A DNA stretch of 64,000 nucleotides from Candidatus Cloacimonadales bacterium (GTDB lineage Bacteria; Cloacimonadota; Cloacimonadia; Cloacimonadales; JAFGVF01). This document shows positions 28,707-38,517 of this stretch, piece after piece. Under the pieces are notes generated by a model. The model saw only the letters and a list, made by a program, of their open reading frames with translations. It did no database searches and had not been told where the DNA came from. The DNA is taken from the NCBI GenBank assembly GCA_963667035.1, contig OY762964.1:1760001-1824000 (forward strand), given 5' to 3'. Made by a program: the position numbers and the translations under genes. The stretch's first letter is position 1. Every line of letters starts with the position of its first letter.

Positions 28707-30305
28707 TTAGAATTTAAATTCTATTCCGATTGAATATGTCTCAGTAGTCTCATTCTGACCTTCGATTCTACCATTATCATCCAAATCGTTCCAGAATACT
28801 TGATACTTACCTACAAGCATTGTGTTAGGTGATACTTCGGCTTTAACCTGACCGAAAATATAAGCATTCTCATCTTCCAGATACCTGATTTTGTCTACGT
28901 TGGTTTGAGAATAACCGATTGAAGCATCTTTAAAAATGGGAACAATATTCAGGTTAATACCTGCATTCGCCCATATTGATTGATATGCATCAAAGTCATT
29001 AACATTCTCGTCAGCAGTCATGTGCTGATAGGCAATTGAACCATACAAGAATTGGAATAAATCAATACGAAGTTTACCATACCATCCCTGAGAAGCAGCT
29101 ATATCTTTAAGCGTATCCTCCTTAAGTTGGATTCTTAAGCTGTCACCATCTGATTTAATTCTTGCTCTTTGATCATCATATAAGGCATCAAAGTAACCGG
29201 GGATGAATTCATCGTTAAAAATTCTATACTCAAGGTTAGAAGTAAGTTTAAAAACATTTGGTGAAATGTTCCAGACAAACTTGAAACCAGGGAATATAAT
29301 ACCGTCACCGTAATCAATAATTTTAGCATATTCGGAATAGTGAGCGATATAGAACTTAGGAGGATTCTTCCAGTCAACATTCATAGGAAACAGTGGCAAC
29401 TCATAATCAAGTCCGATAATAGTTGCATCATTATCACCAAGCTCTGTAGGTTTTAAAACATCTACTTGCTCATCAATGAGTCCTAGAGCTTCCAAACCAT
29501 CACGATAGTCTTCCCATGATAAGTTGGATTGTACTTCATCTTTCCAGTATTCATAATAGAAGTCTTCATCAAAATCATATAATCCATCACCGTCAATGTC
29601 GAAATCAAGTTCATCTGGAGTACCGTTACCATCCGAATCTGCTGCATATTCTTTATCATCAGGGAAAGCATCAAAAGCATCGGGAACTTTATCTCCGTCT
29701 GAATCAATAATACCGTTATATTGATTTCTGTCTGTAGCAATAGATGCACCAAGCATTAAATTATCAAGTAGAGGAATAGCAGTGTAATAAAAAGGATTAA
29801 CTCTTACTCTTGCAGCTAAAATATCATTCTCGGTAATATTTGAAGTGAATACTTCTGCTCCAAGATTTGCCATGCTGTAAACATTTACACCTGTATAAAG
29901 ACCTATTTGTCTTACATTGGGGTAATTTAGCATATTTGAGTAGTTATCCATTAGCAAACCGTTACCAAGAGTGTAGCCACGGATTCCACCAATCTTGAAA
30001 TAGAAAGGGTCTTGTCTTTGAGCAAAACGCAGATAATAGAATTTATTTACATAATCTTCCCAATCATCCCAGTCCTCTTCTCTAACGTTTCCGTTCTCAT
30101 CTATCAATAAATCAATATCCAAGCCAATACCAAACTTCCAAATAGCAAGTTCAGGCATAAGTCTTATTGAGGTATACATCTTATCACCTATAGTTACTGT
30201 GCCCACAGCACCACCCATAGAAAAATTATCCGTGGGTTTTTGCTCTTCTTGAGCAAAAATGATAAGAGGTAATAACAAAATTAAAAATATTGCTAGTTTC
30301 TTCAT
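28707..30305 (-). CDS. Outer-membrane beta-barrel protein with thrombospondin type-3-like Ca-binding repeats
   Basis: Signal peptide; DSDGDKVPDAFDAFPDD...DSDGNG..DIDGDG; terminal EFKF. Confidence 0.65.
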   Translation of the reverse strand: MKKLAIFLILLLPLIIFAQEEQKPTDNFSMGGAVGTVTIGDKMYTSIRLMPELAIWKFGIGLDIDLLIDENGNVREEDWDDWEDYVNKFYYLRFAQRQDPFYFKIGGIRGYTLGNGLLMDNYSNMLNYPNVRQIGLYTGVNVYSMANLGAEVFTSNITENDILAARVRVNPFYYTAIPLLDNLMLGASIATDRNQYNGIIDSDGDKVPDAFDAFPDDKEYAADSDGNGTPDELDFDIDGDGLYDFDEDFYYEYWKDEVQSNLSWEDYRDGLEALGLIDEQVDVLKPTELGDNDATIIGLDYELPLFPMNVDWKNPPKFYIAHYSEYAKIIDYGDGIIFPGFKFVWNISPNVFKLTSNLEYRIFNDEFIPGYFDALYDDQRARIKSDGDSLRIQLKEDTLKDIAASQGWYGKLRIDLFQFLYGSIAYQHMTADENVNDFDAYQSIWANAGINLNIVPIFKDASIGYSQTNVDKIRYLEDENAYIFGQVKAEVSPNTMLVGKYQVFWNDLDDNGRIEGQNETTETYSIGIEFKF

Positions 30306-30376
30306 ATTATCTCCTTCAATTCCTTTTTTATAGCATGATTAAACAAACTTAACAAATGAATAATGTCAAAGAAAAA

Positions 30377-32377
30377 TTACTTCATCTTCACTAGTTTACC
30401 GGTTAATATAGAATTTGCTCCTACGATTCTATAAAAATAGATTCCCGAAGCTATATGAGCTCCTTTGGTATTCCGACCGTCCCACTCAAAAGACTTGGAT
30501 CCGGGAAGAAGACTCTTAGTAACTACTCTTTGACCTTTAAGATTATAAATTGAAAGCTGATATTCTGCTGATTTATCTTCTGAGGATATCTTAAACTTAA
30601 CATTCTCTATAAAAGGATTAGGTCCGACCGAACACATGACAACAGGTTGAGTATTTTCTTCTATAGGAGTATGTCTTGAGGTGAAAACTACTCCATTAAG
30701 ACCTGCTATGTATATGTTTTCATTTTGATCCCTATATTCAATGTCATGCACAGTCCCAATTGTACCGGCGTTTGCAATCAAGGTTAAATCTCCATCATAA
30801 TAATAGACGTCATTGTTAACATCAACTAAGATATAATCGTTATTAAATATTTGTAGCATATCTTTTGCATGAATATCCGATATTATCATTTCCGGTTCTG
30901 TAGAGTATTTATAAACACCATAATCTGCATCATCAGAAGCAAGTAGAAGATCACTATCAAAGTCTGACTCAATCTTCAGAGTTCTCCATGAAACATTATC
31001 TAAAAGATTATAGCTATTTCTAATATAACTACTAATCGTAGTAACATTCTCACTTGCTGTATAGTAAGCTTCAGAGAAAGTATTCCAACAGATAGCTTCA
31101 CCTTGAGCTTCAATATTGTAAGGTAATACTTGAGGTTGTGCAAGCATAGCTTCTTCCACCGATTGATTAGGTGTTCTTGTCCAGTAGTATACATGGTCGT
31201 AGGTCTTAACAAGTATCTCTCTCCCGGTCATTGATATGTCACCGGCAGTTGCACCCCGGTTTACCAAATTATCAGGTGGGAATGTTGGGGAGTCAACTTC
31301 TACAACAGTTCTAAGGCTATTAGTATGTGGGGCTTCCAGCATAAATAGTTTATTCTCAGGAATATTATTAGCCGGATCTGCTTTTATCATAATATAGAAG
31401 TTAGTAGAGATTGGGTCAAACATAAGAGTCTCACAATCATAATTCCTATCCGGATACTCAAAATGAAATACGTTTGCCAATGGTAAGTCCCTAGAAATAG
31501 TATCAATATTAAGAGGTTCTTCAACTGCATAGATTTGCAAGATATCATTCGAGCCTGAATTATTACCTACATCAGCTATAAAGATATATACCGGTCCGTC
31601 ATTTGTAAGCTGACCAATAGCAATATCTTCATAATCTCTGTTGTCTGCTTGAGGAATCTGAAAAGTGTTTATTACTTCTCCAAGAGAGTTTAAAGCAAAC
31701 AATTCAGCATTTCCTCCCGAATCTGCTATAGCCCAAAATACACCCGGATGCATTGCACTGGCAACTAGTCCGGATATCTCATTAAGCTCAGGTGCAGTAA
31801 TAGTACTTTGACCGCTATAATGAAACTCAGAGATAAGCTCATCTTGATATTTATATACACTTCTACCTTCACGGCATATAATTCCTTGATTAGAGTACAC
31901 AACTTGGTCTATATCATTGACCATAAGCTCGGATAATCCCCAGTGGTAACCATTATAAGACATTAGAACACCTTCATTTGTTGTACATGTATATACTCCA
32001 ATTGTAGGTAAATAAGCAAAAGTTCCAGGTAGTTGTGTAGCTTGGATATTTGTAAGAGTACCAAATGATACATTAAAAGATGCAATCCAGCTTTCTCCAG
32101 AGACAAAATCCTCATAGGTAACTAAATAGTTATTCGCTCCAACACCGATACCATCAACAAAACTCTTTTCAGACATAGGGAAAGAGTTTACTGCATTATC
32201 GGTACCAACCCAATAGCAGTACTCTTCACCGAGGTATAATGTGCCAGAATCTGAACTGATAATTCTGTTTATTTGTGTAGTTATCTCATTAATGCTTTCC
32301 CATTCAACTATAGCAGTTAAGATTGATGAAACGAGTAGACAGACCAATATATTGATTAATTTTAAACTATTATTCAT
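30377..32377 (-). CDS. Secreted beta-propeller protein with T9SS type-A/FlgD-Ig C-terminus
   Basis: Signal peptide; EISG..DSG..DYEDIA..ADVGNN; GPNPF...IYNLKGQ...SGIYFY. Confidence 0.75.
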   Translation of the reverse strand: MNNSLKLINILVCLLVSSILTAIVEWESINEITTQINRIISSDSGTLYLGEEYCYWVGTDNAVNSFPMSEKSFVDGIGVGANNYLVTYEDFVSGESWIASFNVSFGTLTNIQATQLPGTFAYLPTIGVYTCTTNEGVLMSYNGYHWGLSELMVNDIDQVVYSNQGIICREGRSVYKYQDELISEFHYSGQSTITAPELNEISGLVASAMHPGVFWAIADSGGNAELFALNSLGEVINTFQIPQADNRDYEDIAIGQLTNDGPVYIFIADVGNNSGSNDILQIYAVEEPLNIDTISRDLPLANVFHFEYPDRNYDCETLMFDPISTNFYIMIKADPANNIPENKLFMLEAPHTNSLRTVVEVDSPTFPPDNLVNRGATAGDISMTGREILVKTYDHVYYWTRTPNQSVEEAMLAQPQVLPYNIEAQGEAICWNTFSEAYYTASENVTTISSYIRNSYNLLDNVSWRTLKIESDFDSDLLLASDDADYGVYKYSTEPEMIISDIHAKDMLQIFNNDYILVDVNNDVYYYDGDLTLIANAGTIGTVHDIEYRDQNENIYIAGLNGVVFTSRHTPIEENTQPVVMCSVGPNPFIENVKFKISSEDKSAEYQLSIYNLKGQRVVTKSLLPGSKSFEWDGRNTKGAHIASGIYFYRIVGANSILTGKLVKMK

Positions 32378-32528
32378 GATTACAGCTCCTTACAATATAC
32401 GATGACTAAATAATACATATCATGAGTATATTGTAAATAATTTTATTTAAAAGAAGAGGGAGAAATTTGTCCTTGCCTAATAAATTAAATCATTAAACTT
32501 AGCTTGCAATACATTTACGGGAGTTGTT

Positions 32529-33530
32529 ATGACCTCTAGAAAAGTTTCTTTAACAGGCATTAAACCGACAGGGGAACCACATATAGGGAACTATATAGGT
32601 TCAATTAGACCGGCTCTTGAGTTAGCTCAAAAATTTGATGCCAGATATTTTATTGCTGATTACCATGCTCTTAATCAGATTAAAGATCCTAAGCTTTTGA
32701 AAGATTATATATATGAAATAGCTGCAGCATGGCTTGCATGCGGATTAAATCCGGAAGAAATGCTGTTTTATCGTCAGTCGGATGTTCCTGAGACTTTTGA
32801 CCTTGCTACTATTCTAATGGCATTTACTCCTAAGGGACTAATGAATAGAGCTCATGCATATAAAGCAATAGTTCAAGTTAATAATGAAGAAGGTAAAGAT
32901 CCGGATATAGGAGTAAATATGGGTCTTTATACTTATCCTATTCTAATGGCTGCCGACATACTTCTATTTGATACTAATATTGTACCGGTGGGTAAGGACC
33001 AATTTCAGCATATTGAAATGGCTGTTGACATTGCTCAAACTGTTAATCATACATATAATGATGATGTATTGGTTATTCCTGAACCTTATTCTACTCCGTC
33101 AACTCAAACCGTTGTCGGTTTGGACGGAAGAAAGATGTCTAAAAGCTATGGAAATACAATAGCAATGTTCTTACCTGAGAAGAAACTCAGAAAGAAGGTG
33201 ATGAAGATAGTAACTAATTCACAGACTATTGAAGAGCCAAAAGACCCTGATACCTGCTCTGTTTTTACTCTTTACAAACTTTTTGCGGATGAACATCAGA
33301 TTGAAGCTCTCAAGCAAAGATACCAAGCTGGTGGTATGGGCTGGGGAGAAGCAAAACAAGCTTTGTTTGAAGTAATGAATGAGCAAATTACCCCGTACAG
33401 GGAAAGATTTAATGATTTAATGAGTAATAAAGACTATATTGACAGTCAACTCACTCTTGGAGGAGAGAAAGCAAGAACTATTGCTTCTGAAACAATAAAG
33501 CGAGTTAGAAAAGCTGTTGGTATAGGTTAA
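32529..33530 (+). CDS. trpS: Tryptophan--tRNA ligase
   Basis: HIGN, YPILMAADIL, VPVGKDQ, KMSKS. Confidence 0.97.
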   Translation: MTSRKVSLTGIKPTGEPHIGNYIGSIRPALELAQKFDARYFIADYHALNQIKDPKLLKDYIYEIAAAWLACGLNPEEMLFYRQSDVPETFDLATILMAFTPKGLMNRAHAYKAIVQVNNEEGKDPDIGVNMGLYTYPILMAADILLFDTNIVPVGKDQFQHIEMAVDIAQTVNHTYNDDVLVIPEPYSTPSTQTVVGLDGRKMSKSYGNTIAMFLPEKKLRKKVMKIVTNSQTIEEPKDPDTCSVFTLYKLFADEHQIEALKQRYQAGGMGWGEAKQALFEVMNEQITPYRERFNDLMSNKDYIDSQLTLGGEKARTIASETIKRVRKAVGIG

Positions 33531-33651
33531 GGTATGATAACCAGGTGCTTAGCATTCTGTGTTTATAAATAGTTAATGTTTTTTATCATTTTTTATTGAC
33601 ACGGGAAGTGGCTCAAATATAAAAGCACCACAATAAAGCAATGGAGTTGAA

Positions 33652-34002
33652 ATGTTATATTTGTTTTTTGTAATACATGTAGTGATAGCCGTCGCGTTAG
33701 TGCTGGTTATTTTAGCTCAAACATCAAAAGGTGGATTAGATTCCAACTTTGGAAGCGTAGCTCAAGGTGTTATGGGTGGAACCGGTGCAAGTGCATTTCT
33801 TAAGAAATGGACTAAGATTCTTGGAGGAATATTCTTAATCTCTTGTATCTGGATGGCTCTTTATGTGAAGAGTAACAGAACTCCAAAAGCTCCAAAAAGT
33901 AAGATTGACTGGACTCAGGAAGCTCCTGAAGAAGCACAGAGTAATGATACAGTTGTTCCTGTAACAGATACTCCGGCAGAGACTCCCGCTCCGACTGAAT
34001 AA
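33652..34002 (+). CDS. secG: Preprotein translocase subunit SecG
   Basis: Two TMs, ILAQTSKGGL linker, followed by tRNA-Leu. Confidence 0.9.
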   Translation: MLYLFFVIHVVIAVALVLVILAQTSKGGLDSNFGSVAQGVMGGTGASAFLKKWTKILGGIFLISCIWMALYVKSNRTPKAPKSKIDWTQEAPEEAQSNDTVVPVTDTPAETPAPTE

Positions 34003-34009
34003 ACTTTAC

Positions 34010-34098
34010 GCAGAAGTGGTGGAATTGGCAGACACGCAAGACTAAGGATCTTGTGCCCTAATCTGGGTGTGCGGGTTCAAGTCCCGCCTTCTGCACCA
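34010..34098 (+). tRNA. tRNA-Leu with anticodon AAG
   Basis: GCAGAAG/CTTCTGC acceptor, A discriminator, CCA. CAAGA-CTAAGGA-TCTTG anticodon arm (AAG at 34044-34046), long variable arm, GCGGG-TTCAAGT-CCCGC T arm. Confidence 0.92.
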
Positions 34099-34101
34099 TT
34101 T

Positions 34102-34131
34102 AAAGCTGTTGACTTGTTCAACAGCTTTTTT
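34102..34131 (+). terminator. Intrinsic terminator after tRNA-Leu
   Basis: AAAGCTGTTGA-CTTGT-TCAACAGCTTTTTT. Confidence 0.85.
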
Positions 34132-34203
34132 CATTTATAATCAATTATCCATTGCAAACATGAACTTGACACAAAGAGCTTGCTCTTTTTAAATGCGTCG
34201 AAT

Positions 34204-36585
34204 ATGATAAAGAATACTCTCTCATCCATAATCTTTCTGCTTGCTCTGACATCAAGCATATTATGTCAGGTGACTCCCACTGTTCTCAGTGTTGGAGATT
34301 CTCTTCACATAGAGAGAGTAAAGCCTGATTCTATCCTTTTTGCTGCTGATAGTTTACGAACCGATTATGAAAAACAGATCATAAAACTTTATAGTAATGC
34401 AAGCATTGATTACAAGAATTATAAAATAGATTCGGATACCTTAACTGTTGATTTGGAGAATAGAAAAGCCTTCACCAAGGGTTTAACTCGTATGGAAGAC
34501 AATTCACAGTTAATGATCGGGCACGATACATATTATGATGTTAATACCGAGGAAGGTATTCTATATAACGGTATCGGTAAGTTTGAACAAGGATTCTATT
34601 CGGGAGATGAGATAAGAAAGGTTGGAAAGAAGATTTACGACATAGATTATGGTAAGTTTACAACCTGTGAAGATGAACATCCACATTTCTATATGAAGTC
34701 TAAGAAGCTAAGAGTGTATGTTAATGAACAGATTCTTGGTAAGCCATTTATTATGTATGTGAACGACTTTCCGATTCTTTGGCTACCATATGCCTCTTTT
34801 CCTGCCAAGAAGGGTCGAAAAGCTGGCTTTCTTGTTCCTCAACCCGGTTACAACAACTCCGATGGTAAGTATGTAAAAAATGTAGCTTATTACTACCCCT
34901 TTAAAGATTATGCAGATTTTATATTCAGTGTTGATTTAACTGAATTGCGAGGTTGGAACTTTAATTTTAACAACGACTATAAGAAGAGGTATGTTTACAA
35001 CGGAGGAGTTGATTTTACCTATAATCATAGAGTGACCGATATAGGTAATGCTAGAGACGATTGGGTTGTTAATGCTACTCATTTTCATGACTTTGGAAAC
35101 AAGACCACTTTGAGAATGAATCTTAACTACATGACAAGTAAACAGATCTGGGAAAGTGAAGAGGATATTGACAAACGACTTTCGGAAAGAATCACATCTT
35201 CAATCTCTTTTAGCAAACCTCTTTTAAGCTCCACTTTAAGTTTAACAGCAACATATACGGATGATTTTCTTAAAAATCAAAAAGCAATAGTTTTACCAAG
35301 AGCTTCTTATTCTTTACCTTCGAAACCTATTTATGAGTTCTTTACCAGTAAGGATAGTAAGGTTAATAGAAATGCTTGGTGGACTAAATTTAACGTGAGT
35401 ACCAGCTTTTCAGCTATACAGCAAGGAACAATTAAAGAAGAGAACCCTGAGTTTTCAGACATAATCTGGAGCAATGACAAGGACACTACGGATGTCTACA
35501 TAAATGAACACCATGCCGGTGCAAGCATGAGAAGTTCGATTTATTACTCAGATAAATTGATGAGTTGGTTAGTTTTTTCACAAACATTTAACTATAATGA
35601 ATACGTATTCGACAGATCAAAGATAGAAAACAACATTGGATTTGCAGGGGATTATAGTACCAGCTCAAAGATAAGTACAACAATTTATGGATTTAAAAAG
35701 TTTAACAACTCTTATCTGAAAGCTATGAGGCATATTTTGAAACCTTCAGCTTCTTTTAGCTATAAACCAGACCTTTCCAAACATGCAGGAGATTATTATA
35801 CTTTTGGCCCTGTTTCTCCAAATACTGCTAAACGGTCAAGAACGGTTAATTTCAGCCTAGGGCAGGAGTGGCAAGTTAAGATATACGATAAAGTCAATGA
35901 TAAAGAAAAAGTATATAACAACTTAATTAGCATGACTAGTAATTGTAGTTATAATTTGGAGAATAAGAAAAAACCGTTTTCTGAAATAACACATTCAATA
36001 AAGTTTAATCCGAAGAGCTTCTCAATTGGTAAGCTTCCTGTAAATTATAATACTTCAGTAGGTTTTCGACAAAACCCTTATGACATGACATGGCTTGACT
36101 GGAAAGCAACAAACTGGTCATATAGTCAGAACTTGAGTATTAGTGGTGAAACACAGACATACGATTATTTTCGTAATCCTTCTAATCCTTTAGCTGACCA
36201 TAAAGTTGAGACAGTTGACGGAGATAGTGAACTTAGTATTGAGGATTTAAAAACAATCTCAGAAACTAAGTCCTGGAAGCTTTCTTTTACTCATGATATG
36301 AGTGCGGAGCGTCAATTTCTTAAACCAAAGACAAACAATTTAAGGATGTCCTCAAGCTTTAATATTACAAAGAATTGGAATGTGACGTATAGTAACTATA
36401 TTGATGTAGAGGATAAGCGTGTCATGTCTCAATCCATTAATCTAACCAGGGATCTTCATTGCTGGAGACTAACCCTCCAATATAATAAATCTAACGAGTA
36501 TTGGGATTATACTCTTGTTTTCTTTAACGTCAAGCTTCATGATGATTTAAAGATTGAGACTAAGGGTCAGAAGAAATATTACTAG
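34204..36585 (+). CDS. lptD: LPS-assembly protein LptD-like
   Basis: N-terminal OstA-like jellyroll, FTTC...PHF, RDLHCW; adjacent to gmhB and lolE. Confidence 0.8.
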   Translation: MIKNTLSSIIFLLALTSSILCQVTPTVLSVGDSLHIERVKPDSILFAADSLRTDYEKQIIKLYSNASIDYKNYKIDSDTLTVDLENRKAFTKGLTRMEDNSQLMIGHDTYYDVNTEEGILYNGIGKFEQGFYSGDEIRKVGKKIYDIDYGKFTTCEDEHPHFYMKSKKLRVYVNEQILGKPFIMYVNDFPILWLPYASFPAKKGRKAGFLVPQPGYNNSDGKYVKNVAYYYPFKDYADFIFSVDLTELRGWNFNFNNDYKKRYVYNGGVDFTYNHRVTDIGNARDDWVVNATHFHDFGNKTTLRMNLNYMTSKQIWESEEDIDKRLSERITSSISFSKPLLSSTLSLTATYTDDFLKNQKAIVLPRASYSLPSKPIYEFFTSKDSKVNRNAWWTKFNVSTSFSAIQQGTIKEENPEFSDIIWSNDKDTTDVYINEHHAGASMRSSIYYSDKLMSWLVFSQTFNYNEYVFDRSKIENNIGFAGDYSTSSKISTTIYGFKKFNNSYLKAMRHILKPSASFSYKPDLSKHAGDYYTFGPVSPNTAKRSRTVNFSLGQEWQVKIYDKVNDKEKVYNNLISMTSNCSYNLENKKKPFSEITHSIKFNPKSFSIGKLPVNYNTSVGFRQNPYDMTWLDWKATNWSYSQNLSISGETQTYDYFRNPSNPLADHKVETVDGDSELSIEDLKTISETKSWKLSFTHDMSAERQFLKPKTNNLRMSSSFNITKNWNVTYSNYIDVEDKRVMSQSINLTRDLHCWRLTLQYNKSNEYWDYTLVFFNVKLHDDLKIETKGQKKYY

Positions 36586-36594
36586 GAATAGAAT

Positions 36595-37164
36595 ATGAAA
36601 GCAATTTTCATGGATAGAGACGGTACAATTAATGTAGATAAGCATGGTTACATAAAAACTCCTGATGCTTTTGAACTATATCCTTTTGCTGCAGAAGCTG
36701 TGAAATTAGTCAATGAGATGGGTTTCAAAGCTATAGTTGTTACCAACCAAAGTGGTATTGCCAGAGGCTATTATACAATTGATGACCTCGAATCAATTCA
36801 TGACAAAATGCAACTTTGCTTAAAGGACGAAGGTGCATTTATAGATGGAGTCTATTTCTGCCCATATCATAAAGATGGCATTGTCGAACCTTTCAATGTA
36901 TCAAGTGATTGTAGAAAACCACAGATAGGTATGTTTAATCAAGCAATTTTAGAACATAATGTTACTCCTGAAGGTTCTTGGATGATTGGAGATAAGTATT
37001 CAGATGTTGAATTCGGCTATAATGCTAGATTAAGGACAATTCTACTCCTTACAGGAAATGGTAATAAGGAATTTATGGAGAATAGGCATGAATGGAGAGT
37101 TCAACCTGATTTTATTGTTCCTGATTTACTTACAGCAGTAAAGCTGATACAAGCTATGCAATAA
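36595..37164 (+). CDS. gmhB: D-glycero-D-manno-heptose 1,7-bisphosphate phosphatase
   Basis: FMDRDGTIN, TNQSGIARG, CPYH...CRKP, IGD. Confidence 0.9.
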   Translation: MKAIFMDRDGTINVDKHGYIKTPDAFELYPFAAEAVKLVNEMGFKAIVVTNQSGIARGYYTIDDLESIHDKMQLCLKDEGAFIDGVYFCPYHKDGIVEPFNVSSDCRKPQIGMFNQAILEHNVTPEGSWMIGDKYSDVEFGYNARLRTILLLTGNGNKEFMENRHEWRVQPDFIVPDLLTAVKLIQAMQ

Positions 37165-37168
37165 AGCT

Positions 37169-38434
37169 ATGCATTACTCTCATTTTATCTCACTTTCTCT
37201 TTTACTAAACAGAAATAAAAGCTTCTTTAAAAGAGCTCATCTGATGCCTTTTATAGGAATAGTCATTGGAGTATTTGCTTATCTTTCTGTTTCCTCAGTA
37301 ATGAACGGTTTTGATAGCGATTTAACTGAGCGCATTATAGGTATGAAATCGGAGATTATCGTAAGAAAATCTGATAACACTGCAATAACCGATTATCTCA
37401 AAGTCAGAAATGAACTTTTAAAAAATGATAAGATTATATCTGTTGCACCTGTTAACAGAGCTGAACTAATGATTCTGAGTGGTAATAACTCAGCCGGTAC
37501 AGCTCTTTACGGAGTTGATTTTAAGCTACATAGTCAGTTATCTCCTGTATTTGATAAATATCCTCGTGATTTTAGTATTCAATCGGAAGATATTAGGCGT
37601 GGTATGTTTAGTGGGTATAGGGCTAATGGTAACTATCCTGACGATTCTATTATATTAGGTTATGATCTTGCCATGCAACTTAGAGCAATGCCCGGAGATA
37701 CAATAAAAGTGTTATCTCCAATAGGTACTATTCCTACACCTCTAGGCTTAATGCCTAAATCCAAAGATTTACTAGTTTCGGGAATCTTTATTTCGGGGAT
37801 GCCTGAATATGATAATCTATTCTCATTTACTACACTTAACAACTGTGCCTACTTCCTCGAAAACATAAATGATAATGAAGCACAGTATCTTGAAGTGAAG
37901 ACTACTAATCCAAGAGATACAGAACTATTAGTTAAGGATTTATCTAAACAGTTTTCAGATTATAGATTCCAATCCTGGAGTAGTTTCGATAAGAATCTGT
38001 ATAGTGCTATGAAGCTTGAAAAAGTTGTCATGATGGCGATTCTATCCTTAATGATAATAATAACATCGTTTAATCTAACAGGCAATTTTGCGAAGATGAT
38101 TGTAAGGCAAAGAAAAGAGATTGGAATACTTAAATCAATTGGTTGTACAAATAGAGATATCTTCAGTATTTATCTAGGACAAGGTATGGCAATTGGTTTC
38201 TCCGGTACTATTATTGGAATACTACTCGCTATGCTATTTATGTTTGTTCAAAAGCAATGGCATATTATCAAAATACCGGCAGGTAATTTACCAATGAATG
38301 CATTACCAATTGAACCTAGATGGATTGATATTATTCTTATATCCTCTATTTGCTTATTAATTAGTTTTATAGCTACTCTCGCTCCAGCAATCAAAGCCGG
38401 TAAAGTAGAAACGATCGACATTATTAGACAATAA
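37169..38434 (+). CDS. lolE: Lipoprotein-releasing ABC permease LolC/E family
   Basis: SVMNGF, MKLEK, EIGILKSIG; four-TM topology. Confidence 0.85.
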   Translation: MHYSHFISLSLLLNRNKSFFKRAHLMPFIGIVIGVFAYLSVSSVMNGFDSDLTERIIGMKSEIIVRKSDNTAITDYLKVRNELLKNDKIISVAPVNRAELMILSGNNSAGTALYGVDFKLHSQLSPVFDKYPRDFSIQSEDIRRGMFSGYRANGNYPDDSIILGYDLAMQLRAMPGDTIKVLSPIGTIPTPLGLMPKSKDLLVSGIFISGMPEYDNLFSFTTLNNCAYFLENINDNEAQYLEVKTTNPRDTELLVKDLSKQFSDYRFQSWSSFDKNLYSAMKLEKVVMMAILSLMIIITSFNLTGNFAKMIVRQRKEIGILKSIGCTNRDIFSIYLGQGMAIGFSGTIIGILLAMLFMFVQKQWHIIKIPAGNLPMNALPIEPRWIDIILISSICLLISFIATLAPAIKAGKVETIDIIRQ

Positions 38435-38517
38435 TTATGTACTTAATGAAGCTATTTTTTAAACTCTAGAGGTATTGATTAGTAAACAATGACCGGATAG
38501 TAAGATTATACTCTTAC

